A program made the position numbers and the translations under genes. From a virus, in the IMG/VR virus record IMGVR_UViG_3300032006_002703, positions 1-64,000 of that record: DNA of 64,000 bases. One strand, written 5' to 3'. Position 1 is the stretch's first letter; each line of letters opens with the position of its first letter. Shown one piece after another: positions 35,330 through 45,667 of this stretch. The notes under the pieces are model-generated. The model was not told the origin of the DNA. It saw only the letters and a list, made by a program, of their open reading frames with translations, and searched no databases.

Positions 35330-37891
35330 CTATTTAAGGTCTGAAAGTTTCATGTATATTGTTTCATCCATTATTCTAATATCATCGATAAATAAGGCAT
35401 CGTCTGATTTTGCTCCATAAAGAACCGCGATACTATTCTTTTTGGGCATGATTTTTCCACTATCAAAGTATTGATCATATTTATTTGATCTCCTACTGTT
35501 GCAAAGCATTCCTTTGACCTTTCCGACTTCATCTTGAAGATCCACGCTTAAGTAACGGTTTCCGTTTCTACTTAATCTTTTATAGCAATCACTAATTACC
35601 CCTATGAATCTAGCCTTATTTCCGTCATTCATAGATTCGAAGTCAGCCGTGCTGTAAAACGCCTCTCCGCTTCCTGCAAAAACATTTTTTAGGTTTGTTG
35701 TATATGAATAACCTAGGAGCTCATTCTCGAAATACCAATTTGCAAATTTTTCAAATTTACTATTCCTGTCGTATATTTTTTTATACAAGTCGTATTTTTT
35801 CTTAAAGGTTTGAAATCTACTTTCTTTCATTAGAGGCCTTCCGTCATCTCCCACTAATTTACCAGCTTTTGCGTCAGCAATGGCATTAAGGAGCCGATAT
35901 TCATATTTTTCCCCTAAAGCTATGAAGTTTCTTTTTTCTCTATCGGTTAATAAATTGAAGGCTTGGGCCTCTAGAACCAAAAGTGGGCGACTCCCTCTAT
36001 AGTTAGACAGGGCTCCCGCTTGTATGAGGGCGCAAAGGGTTCCGATGTTAAGCTTGGCCTGTTTTGCGGCGACAAAAATGTCGTATTTTGTGGGGGTTCC
36101 GCTTTCCCTAAAGTCCCTCAAGGCTTGTAGAGATTTTGCGCTAACTCCTTTGATGCTGTTTAAACCAAAGCGAATATCCTTGCCGTCTATTGCGAAATCC
36201 ATATCTGATTTTGCTAAATTTGGAGGAAGCAGTTTCATGTTAAAGTGAGGAAGTTCTCTTGTGATTTTTGCAATTTCTTCTTGTGGAGCGGGTTCATATT
36301 CCGTCATTCTTAAAAGTGATAAAGCAAAAATTTGCGGGTGGTTAAATTTCAAATAAGCTGTCCATGCCGCAAGCGTTGCATAACACAGTGAGTGGGATTT
36401 ATTGAAAGAATAATTTGCACTATCTTCTGCAAGAGACCACAAGACTTCTCCGATTTGTGGATCTAAATTATTTTCTTCTATCTTTTCTTCAATTTTAGCT
36501 TTCCAGGCTGGCATTTCTTCTACCTTTTTCTTCCCCACAATTCTACGAAGCTGTTCAGATTCATCAAGAGTAAATCCTACCTTTACGGCCATTTTCATAA
36601 GCTGCTCTTGATATAGAGGGATGCCTCCTGTCGATTCAAGAATTGAATCAAAAAACTCATGAACAGATTGGGTTTCATTGGTTTCTGCATATCTTTTATA
36701 ATTATCCAAAAAATCCAATGCTCCAGGTCGTGCGATGGCAATAACAGCACTTAATTGCTCTAAGCTACTAGGTTTAATTTTTTTACAAACATGAAAATTT
36801 GCATCTGCTTCTAGTTGAAATAATCCGTGTGGACAGCGAAGGTCCTGTAGAGGAAGGTATAATTCTTCGGAATCCAGGTCAATATTATATACATCCATAT
36901 TTAATTTTTTGCATGCATCGTATATTACGCTCAAGGTTCTGAGTCCAAGAATGTCGAATTTAACCATTAGCTCTGCAACCCAATTCATATCGTACCCTGT
37001 AACCAAATTCCCTTCGCTGGTTGTTTGAAGAGGGCAATAATCGGAAATCTCATCGTAAGAAATGGCAATACCAGATGGATGCACTCCAGTATTTTTATTA
37101 AGCCCTTCTAGCTTTCGTGCGATTTTGTAAACTTTTTTATTCTTTTGTGCCCAGAGCCTGAATTTTTCACTTTCCTCAAGAGCCTCTTCTAGGGGAGCAA
37201 CTTTACCGAAATGCTTTGGAATTGAGTCGCTTACTTCATTGACCTCTTGCTCATCATAGCCTCCTACGATTTTACCGCATTCTTTAATGCAAAGCTTTCC
37301 GCTTAAGGTATTGAGGGTTAAGATTTTTGCGGTACGAGCAGGATATTTTTCTTCAATATATTTAATTACTGTTTGTCTATGTTCGTAGGCTATGTCATTG
37401 TCCACGTCAGCTAAAAGACTTCCGTCTAGGTAAGTAATTCCTTTTTGTACGGTTTTTTTTGCCCTGCTTTTACTCACGAACCTTTCAAAGAAAAGTTCGT
37501 TTTTTACTGGGTCAACTTGGGTGACACCAATTAAATATAGAATTAAAGATCCCGCCGCTGAACCTCTACCTGGACCAACTGGGATGCTGCTTTCGTGACA
37601 AAAATTAATAACATCCCAATTAAGCAAAATATAATCAACAAAACCCAAATCAAAAAAGACATCCAGCTCCATCTTTGCTCTGTCGTAATATTCCTGCTTG
37701 TTTTCAAACTTGTCGATTCCCCGATCCTTTACACCTTGCCAGCTTAAGCTTTTAAGGAATTCGTAATTTGAAATTGAGTTTTTAACCCCCAGTTTCTCAT
37801 AATATTTATCTTCAATAATAATTTTAGGAAGCCTTACGCCTGGCGGCGCACAGTCTTCGTATTCTTTAAAATCTTCTAAAAATTTACTCAT
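35330..37891 (-). CDS. dnaE: DNA polymerase III alpha (DnaE-type) catalytic portion, lacking the PHP domain
   Basis: GPGRGSAAGS, ADVDND, GVHPSGI, KFDILGL, YSFNKSH, C-terminal OB fold. Confidence 0.92.
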   Translation of the reverse strand: MSKFLEDFKEYEDCAPPGVRLPKIIIEDKYYEKLGVKNSISNYEFLKSLSWQGVKDRGIDKFENKQEYYDRAKMELDVFFDLGFVDYILLNWDVINFCHESSIPVGPGRGSAAGSLILYLIGVTQVDPVKNELFFERFVSKSRAKKTVQKGITYLDGSLLADVDNDIAYEHRQTVIKYIEEKYPARTAKILTLNTLSGKLCIKECGKIVGGYDEQEVNEVSDSIPKHFGKVAPLEEALEESEKFRLWAQKNKKVYKIARKLEGLNKNTGVHPSGIAISYDEISDYCPLQTTSEGNLVTGYDMNWVAELMVKFDILGLRTLSVIYDACKKLNMDVYNIDLDSEELYLPLQDLRCPHGLFQLEADANFHVCKKIKPSSLEQLSAVIAIARPGALDFLDNYKRYAETNETQSVHEFFDSILESTGGIPLYQEQLMKMAVKVGFTLDESEQLRRIVGKKKVEEMPAWKAKIEEKIEENNLDPQIGEVLWSLAEDSANYSFNKSHSLCYATLAAWTAYLKFNHPQIFALSLLRMTEYEPAPQEEIAKITRELPHFNMKLLPPNLAKSDMDFAIDGKDIRFGLNSIKGVSAKSLQALRDFRESGTPTKYDIFVAAKQAKLNIGTLCALIQAGALSNYRGSRPLLVLEAQAFNLLTDREKRNFIALGEKYEYRLLNAIADAKAGKLVGDDGRPLMKESRFQTFKKKYDLYKKIYDRNSKFEKFANWYFENELLGYSYTTNLKNVFAGSGEAFYSTADFESMNDGNKARFIGVISDCYKRLSRNGNRYLSVDLQDEVGKVKGMLCNSRRSNKYDQYFDSGKIMPKKNSIAVLYGAKSDDALFIDDIRIMDETIYMKLSDLK

Positions 37892-38529
37892 ATTTCTATA
37901 TTCCAAATCATTTTATTAAAGACTTCTGCGTTCATTTTAATATCGTACAGGGCGTCGTGGAGTTTTTTAGGGTCAAATTTAAGATCGTAATCCTTGCAGC
38001 ATTGTGTTAGGTTTACTTTGAGTTTTCGTTCGATTAAGTTTGTTAACCTATATTGCCAAGCGAGACGATTTTCTTTTGCCGAAAGTTTTATTTCTTTTTT
38101 TATTGCCTTAGCGATACAGGCGGTATCTAGGCATCTATTTATATAGCTATAATCTGTTTTTTTATTTAAAAGTTTTCTGTGGATATTGTGAATATAGACG
38201 TCAAAGCCTAAAATATTGTGGCCTACGGGAATTACATTGTCGTCATATAGGTATGATTCAAAATGCTCCAGCGCCTCTTTTGGGTCGCTTGCCCTTTTAT
38301 CGTATTTTGTTTTTGTCCAGCCCGTGACCCTTGCAGCGCCCTCCGAGACCTTTAAGTCTTTCCACTTTAGCCAGTAGTCAGCCTTTTCTAAAACTTCGTT
38401 TCCCTGCATTAAGAGAAATGCGAGCTGCCAAGGCTTGTTTTCTTTCGAGGTCAAATTTAGGTGACAGGTCTCATAGTCAAAAAATAAGTATTTTTGATTA
38501 TTTTTAAATCTTAATAAGTCTTCTTTCAA
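37888..38529 (-). CDS. DEDDh 3'-5' exonuclease (DnaQ/epsilon-like)
   Basis: FDYET, GHNILGFD, HDALYD. Confidence 0.88.
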   Translation of the reverse strand: MKEDLLRFKNNQKYLFFDYETCHLNLTSKENKPWQLAFLLMQGNEVLEKADYWLKWKDLKVSEGAARVTGWTKTKYDKRASDPKEALEHFESYLYDDNVIPVGHNILGFDVYIHNIHRKLLNKKTDYSYINRCLDTACIAKAIKKEIKLSAKENRLAWQYRLTNLIERKLKVNLTQCCKDYDLKFDPKKLHDALYDIKMNAEVFNKMIWNIEI

Positions 38530-39029
38530 TTTATATCCTTCCTTAATTCTGTGTTTCCGTAATTTATGAAAAGCTCTTTTCCTTCTTCTATTTCTTCACT
38601 AGCTGTATACCTAAAAAGCATTGAGTCATAATCAAACTCATACATTATATTTGGATTGTCTGAATGATTGTATACCATTCCAAGCCCCAAGACAAAGGCA
38701 TGAGAAAATAAAGATTCTAAATTTTCATACCCAAGATCCTTCAGGCTTTCCAATAGCTCCTCTTTTAAGTCTTCGTCGTCAACCAATTGATGGAGAAAAA
38801 GTTTTGAAGAAAGTTTTTCGTACTCTTCTTTCGTGTTTACGCAAAGACGCCCAAACATATACCTTCTCATTTCATTATCTTCCCCTCCTTTATCTTTTTC
38901 AGGGATAATAAAATGGCATTCCTCTACAATCTCACCTTCTTCGATTTTGCTTTTTGCAAAAACTCCCCTTCCCTTTATTGAAGATTTTCCTATTATTAAT
39001 TTTTTCGGAGACACTAAGTCGTATTTCAT
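38526..39029 (-). CDS. SET-domain methyltransferase
   Basis: GRGVFA, YNHSDNPN, ELFINYG. Confidence 0.88.
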   Translation of the reverse strand: MKYDLVSPKKLIIGKSSIKGRGVFAKSKIEEGEIVEECHFIIPEKDKGGEDNEMRRYMFGRLCVNTKEEYEKLSSKLFLHQLVDDEDLKEELLESLKDLGYENLESLFSHAFVLGLGMVYNHSDNPNIMYEFDYDSMLFRYTASEEIEEGKELFINYGNTELRKDIN

Positions 39030-39763
39030 TTTACCGCCTCCATACAAAATTCGTCACTACCAAAGTGATCTAAGTTTGGTTTTGCGAGAGATTTAGATTG
39101 GAATTGTCTTCCGCAAATGCACTTATATGTTTGAAATGCCTCTATATCTTCGCGGCTCTTATAGTATATAGACTTCGTTAATTCAGTTTGAAGATCGTGA
39201 CTCTTTGCAAATTCCTTAACTCTATCCCCTATTAATTGATCGAATGGCAGGTTATTTTTTTCAATAAAAAACGTTGGATTTGTGAATCTGAAATCTGGAA
39301 CACAATTATTGAACGTCATTGTATTATTGAATATAAAGGAATCATAAAATGGAATAGCCATCTTAAGAAGGTCTTCGTTCCATAGTTTTTGCAAGGCTTC
39401 GAAGTTCGTGAAGCCATCGTTTTCAGTAAAAGCGTGGCTGTAGATTTTATTTAAAAGTTTACAGCCTTCTCCATTTTTCGCAAAGATTATAATCTTATGT
39501 GTGCCGTTCGCTTCGCTGCTAGGACCGTTTGGACGTACGTTTAACTTAAGTCCAAAGATAATTTTTTTATTTAAATCTCTTGCGGTGTTGTGTGCCTTTA
39601 GGAATCCAGTAAGAGAGGTCTCCACCAGCACAACTTCTTGAAGATCAAACTCTTCCGCAATCGAGAAAATGCTATCTGCCCCATCTGGCTTTACCTTTGA
39701 GGGATGGTCTAGGGTTAAAATACTTTTTCCTATACTAAAATGCGATGTGAAAAGTGGAATCAT
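39026..39763 (-). CDS. Stand-alone PHP domain of DNA polymerase III alpha
   Basis: SHFSIGKS, IIFGL, FAKNGEG.K.L.KI.S; leaderless behind TTGACT-17-TATTCT. Confidence 0.82.
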   Translation of the reverse strand: MIPLFTSHFSIGKSILTLDHPSKVKPDGADSIFSIAEEFDLQEVVLVETSLTGFLKAHNTARDLNKKIIFGLKLNVRPNGPSSEANGTHKIIIFAKNGEGCKLLNKIYSHAFTENDGFTNFEALQKLWNEDLLKMAIPFYDSFIFNNTMTFNNCVPDFRFTNPTFFIEKNNLPFDQLIGDRVKEFAKSHDLQTELTKSIYYKSREDIEAFQTYKCICGRQFQSKSLAKPNLDHFGSDEFCMEAVK

Positions 39764-39896
39764 GGTGTATAGAATACTGTATTTTTAAACAAAAGTCAAC
39801 CCTAAACTTATTGTGAATAACTTTAGGCCCAAATTTATGGTTTTGGATTGACAGAATACTCCTACTATGGTAGTATTCTTTACTGAAATTATATCT

Positions 39897-42317
39897 ATGG
39901 ACATTAAAGTAAAAAAAAGAAATGGGCGCCTCGAGGGGTTTGCTGTAGAAAAGATTAACGCAAGCGCTGCGCGAGCAGTGGGAGAAGTTTCAGATGTCGC
40001 AGCCAGTGAAGTGGTTTTAGATGCGCAATTGCAACTTTTCGATAAAATAACCACAAAAGAGATAGACAAAGCATTAATACTATCCGCGCGTGAGAAGATA
40101 GAAAAGGAGCCAAATTATAATTTTGTCGCCGCAAGACTACTTCTTAATAATCTTTATAAAGAGGTTTTTAATGAGGGGGTGGACTCTGACGTGTTTGAGC
40201 TTCAGTATCGAAAGAGCTTTATTCAGAATGTTAAACGATTAGTTTCTGACGACAGGTTAGACCGAAGGCTTCTTGATTTTGATCTTCGTAAACTTTCGGA
40301 CGCATTGGATATCAAAAGAGATCGACTCTTTAAATATTTAGGGGTGCAGACTTTGTATGATCGTTATTTTATCAGAAAGGAAGGGAAAGTTATGGAGTCT
40401 CCTCAGGCTTTTTGGATGAGGGTTGCAATGGGCCTTGCGATTAACGAAGAAGACAAAACCTCTCGGGCAATAGAATTTTACGATTTAATGAGTCAACTTA
40501 GGTATACCCCTTCTACTCCTACGTTGTTTAACAGTGGGACCACCCATTCTCAATTAAGCTCATGTTATTTGAATACATTTGATGACAGTATTGATGGCAT
40601 TTTTGACGGAGCGTGGCAAGAGGCTCGTAAATCAAAGTACGCTGGAGGCCTTGGTCTGGACGTCACCCCTTTTCGTTCATCTGGCGCCCACATAAAGGGC
40701 ACAAACGGAACCTCTAGCGGTTTGGTTCCATGGTTGAAAATTTATAACGACCTCCTTATTGCGGTAAATCAAGGGGGCAAAAGACCAGGTGCGGGATGCG
40801 CTTATCTTGAGCCTTGGCATTTAGATTATGAGGATTTTCTAAACCTAAGACGGAACACTGGAGATGATAGATTAAGGTGTCACGATATGAATACCGCATC
40901 TTGGATTCCTGACGTTTTCATGAGGACCGTAAAGGAAGAGGGAGATTGGTATATGTTTGACCCCTCTGAATGCTCAGATCTTCATGATTTGTTTGGGGAA
41001 AAGTTCGATAGCCGATATCAATTTTACATCAAAGAAGCTCAGGAAGGGCGAATTAAAAGCTTTAAAAGCATTCCCGCTAAAGAACTATGGAAAAAGATGC
41101 TAAAGGTATTATTTGAGACTTCTCACCCCTGGAATACTTTCAAGGACGCTTGCAATATCAGGTATACAAATCAACACGAAGGAACTGTTAAGAGTTCTAA
41201 TTTATGTACTGAGATTACCCTCCATACAAAAGCTTCGGAATATCACCACGGACAAAAAGTTCAACACGGAGAAACTGCGGTTTGTAATTTGGGCTCAGTA
41301 AATCTTGTAAATCATACCCATAGTCGAGGAATTGATTATAAAAAATTGCGTAAAACCATTTTTACCGCAATGAGAATGCTTGATAATGTTGTCGATCTTA
41401 ATTTTTATCCTACAGAAGAAGCCAGAAGGTCTAATTCAAAGCATAGACCTGTTGGCTTAGGGATGATGGGTTTACATGATGTGCTCCATAAATTTGATAT
41501 TAATTTTGATAGCGATGAGGCGGTATCATTTAATGATAAGCTCTTTGAGGAGTATAGCTGCGCAGCAATCCACGCAAGTAGCAAGTTAGCCAAAGAGAGA
41601 GGGTCTTATCAAACCTTTGAGGGCTCTCTTTGGAGTAAAGATATTTTTCCTGTTGATAGTTACAATAGGCTAATGGAGTATAGGGGCAAGTCAACGATGC
41701 TTGGAAAAGAATCAATCGACTGGAGTTCCTGTAGGGAGTCTGTAAAAAAACATGGAATGAGAAACTCTAATGTTATGGCTATCGCTCCAACTGCTACAAT
41801 TGGATACATTAACGGAGTCGAGCAAAGTATTGAGCCAAATTTTTCTACTATATTTGTTTATGAAAATAAGAGCGGGAATTCCTATATCGTTAATGAGCAC
41901 TTTGTAAACGATATGAAAGCTAGAGGTCTTTGGAATACAGAAAATATTAATTTAATTAAAAGTGTGGATGGAGACTTGTCTCTTGTTAACGGAAGTATCC
42001 CTGAGGATATTAAAGAGAAATATAAAACCGCATTTGATAGAGATGTGTTTAAGTTAATTGAATGTAATGCTGTTCGACAAAAATGGATTGATCAGGCAAT
42101 AAGCTTTAATCTTTACAATAAGACTACTTCCATGAAATATTTAAATGATGTTTATATGGCTTGTTGGGAGGCTGGATTAAAGACTACCTATTATCTGCGC
42201 AATCGTGCCGCATCAAAGATAGAGAAATCTACTTCTAGTGACGAAAAAACAGAAGAGCTCTCTTCTTGCAGTATTGATGCCATGATGAACGGCGGTTCCT
42301 GCGAAAGTTGTCAGTGA
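39897..42317 (+). CDS. nrdA: Ribonucleotide reductase class I alpha subunit with ATP cone
   Basis: VKKRNG ATP cone, STPTLFN, LSSCY, SNLCTEI, APTAT, C-terminal CESCQ; promoter TTGACA-17-TAGTAT at 39848-39876. Confidence 0.96.
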   Translation: MDIKVKKRNGRLEGFAVEKINASAARAVGEVSDVAASEVVLDAQLQLFDKITTKEIDKALILSAREKIEKEPNYNFVAARLLLNNLYKEVFNEGVDSDVFELQYRKSFIQNVKRLVSDDRLDRRLLDFDLRKLSDALDIKRDRLFKYLGVQTLYDRYFIRKEGKVMESPQAFWMRVAMGLAINEEDKTSRAIEFYDLMSQLRYTPSTPTLFNSGTTHSQLSSCYLNTFDDSIDGIFDGAWQEARKSKYAGGLGLDVTPFRSSGAHIKGTNGTSSGLVPWLKIYNDLLIAVNQGGKRPGAGCAYLEPWHLDYEDFLNLRRNTGDDRLRCHDMNTASWIPDVFMRTVKEEGDWYMFDPSECSDLHDLFGEKFDSRYQFYIKEAQEGRIKSFKSIPAKELWKKMLKVLFETSHPWNTFKDACNIRYTNQHEGTVKSSNLCTEITLHTKASEYHHGQKVQHGETAVCNLGSVNLVNHTHSRGIDYKKLRKTIFTAMRMLDNVVDLNFYPTEEARRSNSKHRPVGLGMMGLHDVLHKFDINFDSDEAVSFNDKLFEEYSCAAIHASSKLAKERGSYQTFEGSLWSKDIFPVDSYNRLMEYRGKSTMLGKESIDWSSCRESVKKHGMRNSNVMAIAPTATIGYINGVEQSIEPNFSTIFVYENKSGNSYIVNEHFVNDMKARGLWNTENINLIKSVDGDLSLVNGSIPEDIKEKYKTAFDRDVFKLIECNAVRQKWIDQAISFNLYNKTTSMKYLNDVYMACWEAGLKTTYYLRNRAASKIEKSTSSDEKTEELSSCSIDAMMNGGSCESCQ

Positions 42318-42360
42318 TTCTTGCTTGACTTTTTGCTTTTTTTTTGCTATTATAATAGGC

Positions 42361-43374
42361 ATGGATAATAAATCAGGAGAATTACTGTCGGAAGACATCG
42401 CGGGCGTAAATAGAATACTTCCACACAAACATAAATTTGCGTGGGATTTATTTTTGAAAAGTTGCGCCAATAACTGGATGCCAACCGAAATATCAATGCA
42501 AGACGATATTAATCAATGGAAAAATAATGAAATCACAGATGATGAAAAACTCCTCGTCAAGAGGTGCCTCGGCTTTTTTGCAGGAAGCGAGTCTTTGGTT
42601 GGCAATAACCTTTTGCTTTCTGCTTTCAGATTTATTACGGATGCTGAATGTCGTCAGTACATTTTGCGCCAAGCTTTTGAAGAAAGCCTTCATAACCTTA
42701 CCGTTGTATATATCTGCGACAGTTTGGACTTGGATGTCGAAGAGGTGTTTAACGCCTACGAAACTATACCTAGCATCAAAGCTAAGGACGATTTCCTCAT
42801 GGAAATTACCACGGATATTAGCAGGGAAGACTTTAAGCCAACCTCAAAGGAGGGCAAACAGGAAATTCTAAGAAATCTTCTTACATACTATATTGTATGT
42901 GAAGGTACTTTTTTCTTTAGCGGTTTTGCAATGCTTCTCGCTCTGGGTAGGCAGAATAAACTGCAAGGAGTTTCCGATCAAATCAAATATACCCTTAGAG
43001 ATGAAAGTAGTCATATTGCTTTTGGCACTTATTTGATTAATACTCTTATTGAACAGAACCCATCTATTTGGACTAAGTCCATTCAGTCTGAGTTTGTTGA
43101 GCATATTAAAAAAGCGGTTGATTTAGAAATTGCGTATGCTAAGGATGTTTTACCTACTGGTATTTTGGGTCTTAATGCTGATATGTTTATTGATTATATG
43201 CATTACATTGGTAATCGTAGGCTTGAGGCTATTGGCTTAGATTATCGTTTCCCTAGCGACAAAAACCCTTTTCCTTGGCTTGGTGAAGTCGTAGACGTAC
43301 AAGCTATGGGGAACTTCTTTGAGAGGCGAGTAAGGGAATATCAGCAAGGTGGGGCTCTTGAGGAAGATTTTTAA
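42361..43374 (+). CDS. nrdB: Ribonucleotide reductase beta subunit, R2c (class Ic)-like
   Basis: GSESLVGNN, EESLH, EGTFFFSGF, RDESSH; leaderless behind TTGACT-17-TATTAT. Confidence 0.93.
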   Translation: MDNKSGELLSEDIAGVNRILPHKHKFAWDLFLKSCANNWMPTEISMQDDINQWKNNEITDDEKLLVKRCLGFFAGSESLVGNNLLLSAFRFITDAECRQYILRQAFEESLHNLTVVYICDSLDLDVEEVFNAYETIPSIKAKDDFLMEITTDISREDFKPTSKEGKQEILRNLLTYYIVCEGTFFFSGFAMLLALGRQNKLQGVSDQIKYTLRDESSHIAFGTYLINTLIEQNPSIWTKSIQSEFVEHIKKAVDLEIAYAKDVLPTGILGLNADMFIDYMHYIGNRRLEAIGLDYRFPSDKNPFPWLGEVVDVQAMGNFFERRVREYQQGGALEEDF

Positions 43375-45329
43375 TCTATTTTATTATTGTATTTTCCATC
43401 AACAAGGCCTGCTCCATAAATGTTTAAGTTTAGGCCAACTCTTTTTGAGGCTTCAAAGATTAAATTTAAATAATACTGAGGGTCTCCCTCTGATTTTGCG
43501 TGATATTCGTCACTGAATACTATTCCATCTTTATTTTTTATATGATGTAAATTGTTGTCTCTGTAATACTTTTTAAGGTTCGCATTTTCTAGATAACCCT
43601 CTCCTCTCCAAGCGCATTCGACTAGTTCTTTGAAAGATTTTGCAAATGTTCGCCCTCTGTCCACTTGGAACATAATCCCACGGTAAAGCCCACCATAACC
43701 ATTAAGTGATCCTTTAAGCTTTCCTAGGTCAGTGCTATACGCATCTTGAGGATGCTTATTGAAGTTGGGTAAGTGATAGTCTGGTGCAGCTTCGTCTTGA
43801 AATGCTACAGCTAAAACATTATCCTTTTTCGCTGCCTCTGTAAAAAATTGAAGCGTTCTTTCTCCTGCATCATCTACTATAGTAACCCTTCTGTTGTATA
43901 AATTTTCATCATTATTGTAATATGGGAGGAGCGCCTGCTTTAAGAGAGTTTCCTTCATGATGTCCAATTGCCTTCTTGTTGCCAGGATGCTTCCGCTGCC
44001 ATCAACGTGAATCATTATATGTAAAGCTCCATCTTTAGGTAGGTGGTCATAATTATATTCTCTCCCGTGCCCATGGTGTCCATGGCAATTTGCCCCATGC
44101 TCTGCACAGCCGCCTTGCCCGATACCTAAGCCTAATTTTTCGGTAACCGTTCCTGTTACTAGCCCTGCAGCTCCACCAGCGCCAGCCCCGCTTGTTAATC
44201 CGCCCACCCCGCCAATTTGAGGAAGGTCAACATTCCCAGGATTTGAGGGGGTGCTTTCTTTATTTAGAGGATTAGAATAATTGGCGAGCTCTTCTCCATC
44301 GTTAATTCCATCCCCGTCCGTGTCTGCGCTATTTGGGTTTGTTCCTATCTGAGCCTCCGTCGAGGCTGGGAGCCCATCACCATCTCTATCGTTTTCTGGA
44401 GTAGCTTTAAGGTTTGCAGGCATAAGGGGAGAGGTTCCAACCCCTCCAAGAGTAGGAACAGCTTTTCCATTTAGTACTGCTTCTCCAACTCCCGCTCCAA
44501 TTCCCGCTCCGCCTCCAGCGCCAGCGCCAACCGCACCACTACCTATTCCTGCACCGACCCCTTGGCTTGGATAATTATAAGCGTATAAATCTCCCTTGCC
44601 AAGCCCATTTCCTTTTTTCTCTGCATCGTCATTATTTTTAAGACTTTCTAGGTCTAATTCAAAATCTGGCACATCGTCTTTTGCTAAAGTTAAATTCGTA
44701 AGAACTTCTTCATCTTCCGTATCGATCCCCACCTTGCTTTCTGCCAATCTGCGATCCAGGATCCCCTTATCAAAGTCTCTTTCTCTTATGGCTCTATCTA
44801 GAGCGCCGACATCAACAGTTCCAATGTCGTCATTATTTACTCCAATATGATTCCTAACGTCCCTATTGTAAATTCCGTCATTTCGACGACCAACAACATC
44901 GGAACCTCCTCCTATTCCACCAATACTATGACCTATCACATCTCTGTCATCAATTATTACATCATCTCTATCGCGAATGACAACATGATCCGTATTGTCG
45001 ACCACTGCAATATGCGGGTTTCTTTCTCCGTCTCTTAAAACAATTACATCTGGATCATCGTCTAAAACTATTCCGTCAAGCCTATCTGGACCCACGTCAT
45101 AGTCCCGAACGGTATTTACATTCCTATCGACATAAACAATTTCCTTTTCTGGCTTTTCCTCGTCTTTATAAACTTCGTGAAAAAGATTTTCTCCATCTTC
45201 TATTACGTCTGCCGTAACGACATGTTCTGTCGATCTGTTTAGAAAAACCAATAAAATAAACATAAGCATCATAAAATACCCAGTAAATAGATTGGCCAGT
45301 GATAGTTTTTTTAGTTTTTTATTATTCAT
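43371..45329 (-). CDS. Membrane-anchored protein with Asp-rich, Gly-rich and TSP3-like Ca-binding repeats and a vWA-like domain
   Basis: N-terminal TM; DRDGDGL / DTDGDGINDGEE; HVDGSGS MIDAS-like motif. Confidence 0.65.
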   Translation of the reverse strand: MNNKKLKKLSLANLFTGYFMMLMFILLVFLNRSTEHVVTADVIEDGENLFHEVYKDEEKPEKEIVYVDRNVNTVRDYDVGPDRLDGIVLDDDPDVIVLRDGERNPHIAVVDNTDHVVIRDRDDVIIDDRDVIGHSIGGIGGGSDVVGRRNDGIYNRDVRNHIGVNNDDIGTVDVGALDRAIRERDFDKGILDRRLAESKVGIDTEDEEVLTNLTLAKDDVPDFELDLESLKNNDDAEKKGNGLGKGDLYAYNYPSQGVGAGIGSGAVGAGAGGGAGIGAGVGEAVLNGKAVPTLGGVGTSPLMPANLKATPENDRDGDGLPASTEAQIGTNPNSADTDGDGINDGEELANYSNPLNKESTPSNPGNVDLPQIGGVGGLTSGAGAGGAAGLVTGTVTEKLGLGIGQGGCAEHGANCHGHHGHGREYNYDHLPKDGALHIMIHVDGSGSILATRRQLDIMKETLLKQALLPYYNNDENLYNRRVTIVDDAGERTLQFFTEAAKKDNVLAVAFQDEAAPDYHLPNFNKHPQDAYSTDLGKLKGSLNGYGGLYRGIMFQVDRGRTFAKSFKELVECAWRGEGYLENANLKKYYRDNNLHHIKNKDGIVFSDEYHAKSEGDPQYYLNLIFEASKRVGLNLNIYGAGLVDGKYNNKID

Positions 45330-45645
45330 GTCTTGTAATCTTTGAGACCTTAAAGCCTGCGTTCTCTACGGCCTTATGTATCTCTTTGTCTGTTAAGGTT
45401 TTTCCTTTAATTAAATAAATATGAGCCGTTTCTTTTTTTATATCGAACGCGACCTTGTATACTTTTTTTGTTTTATTTAAATGCTTCTTGATTCCTATTG
45501 CACAAGATGGGCATACAAGTCCCTTTATTTTTGCATCTATAATTTCAGCGGAGCTAGAATTTAAAATAAGCAGGGAGCAGGCTGCGAGCATTAGCGTTTT
45601 ATTTACGCCCCTGTATTTCCTTTGTCTAATTCCCATAGATACCAA
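45322..45645 (-). CDS. Secreted heavy-metal-associated (HMA) domain protein; true start probably further downstream
   Basis: Signal peptide; GLVCPSC...AVENAGF. Confidence 0.8.
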   Translation of the reverse strand: MVSMGIRQRKYRGVNKTLMLAACSLLILNSSSAEIIDAKIKGLVCPSCAIGIKKHLNKTKKVYKVAFDIKKETAHIYLIKGKTLTDKEIHKAVENAGFKVSKITRHE

Positions 45646-45667
45646 TAATAATCATCCAGCGGATCCA

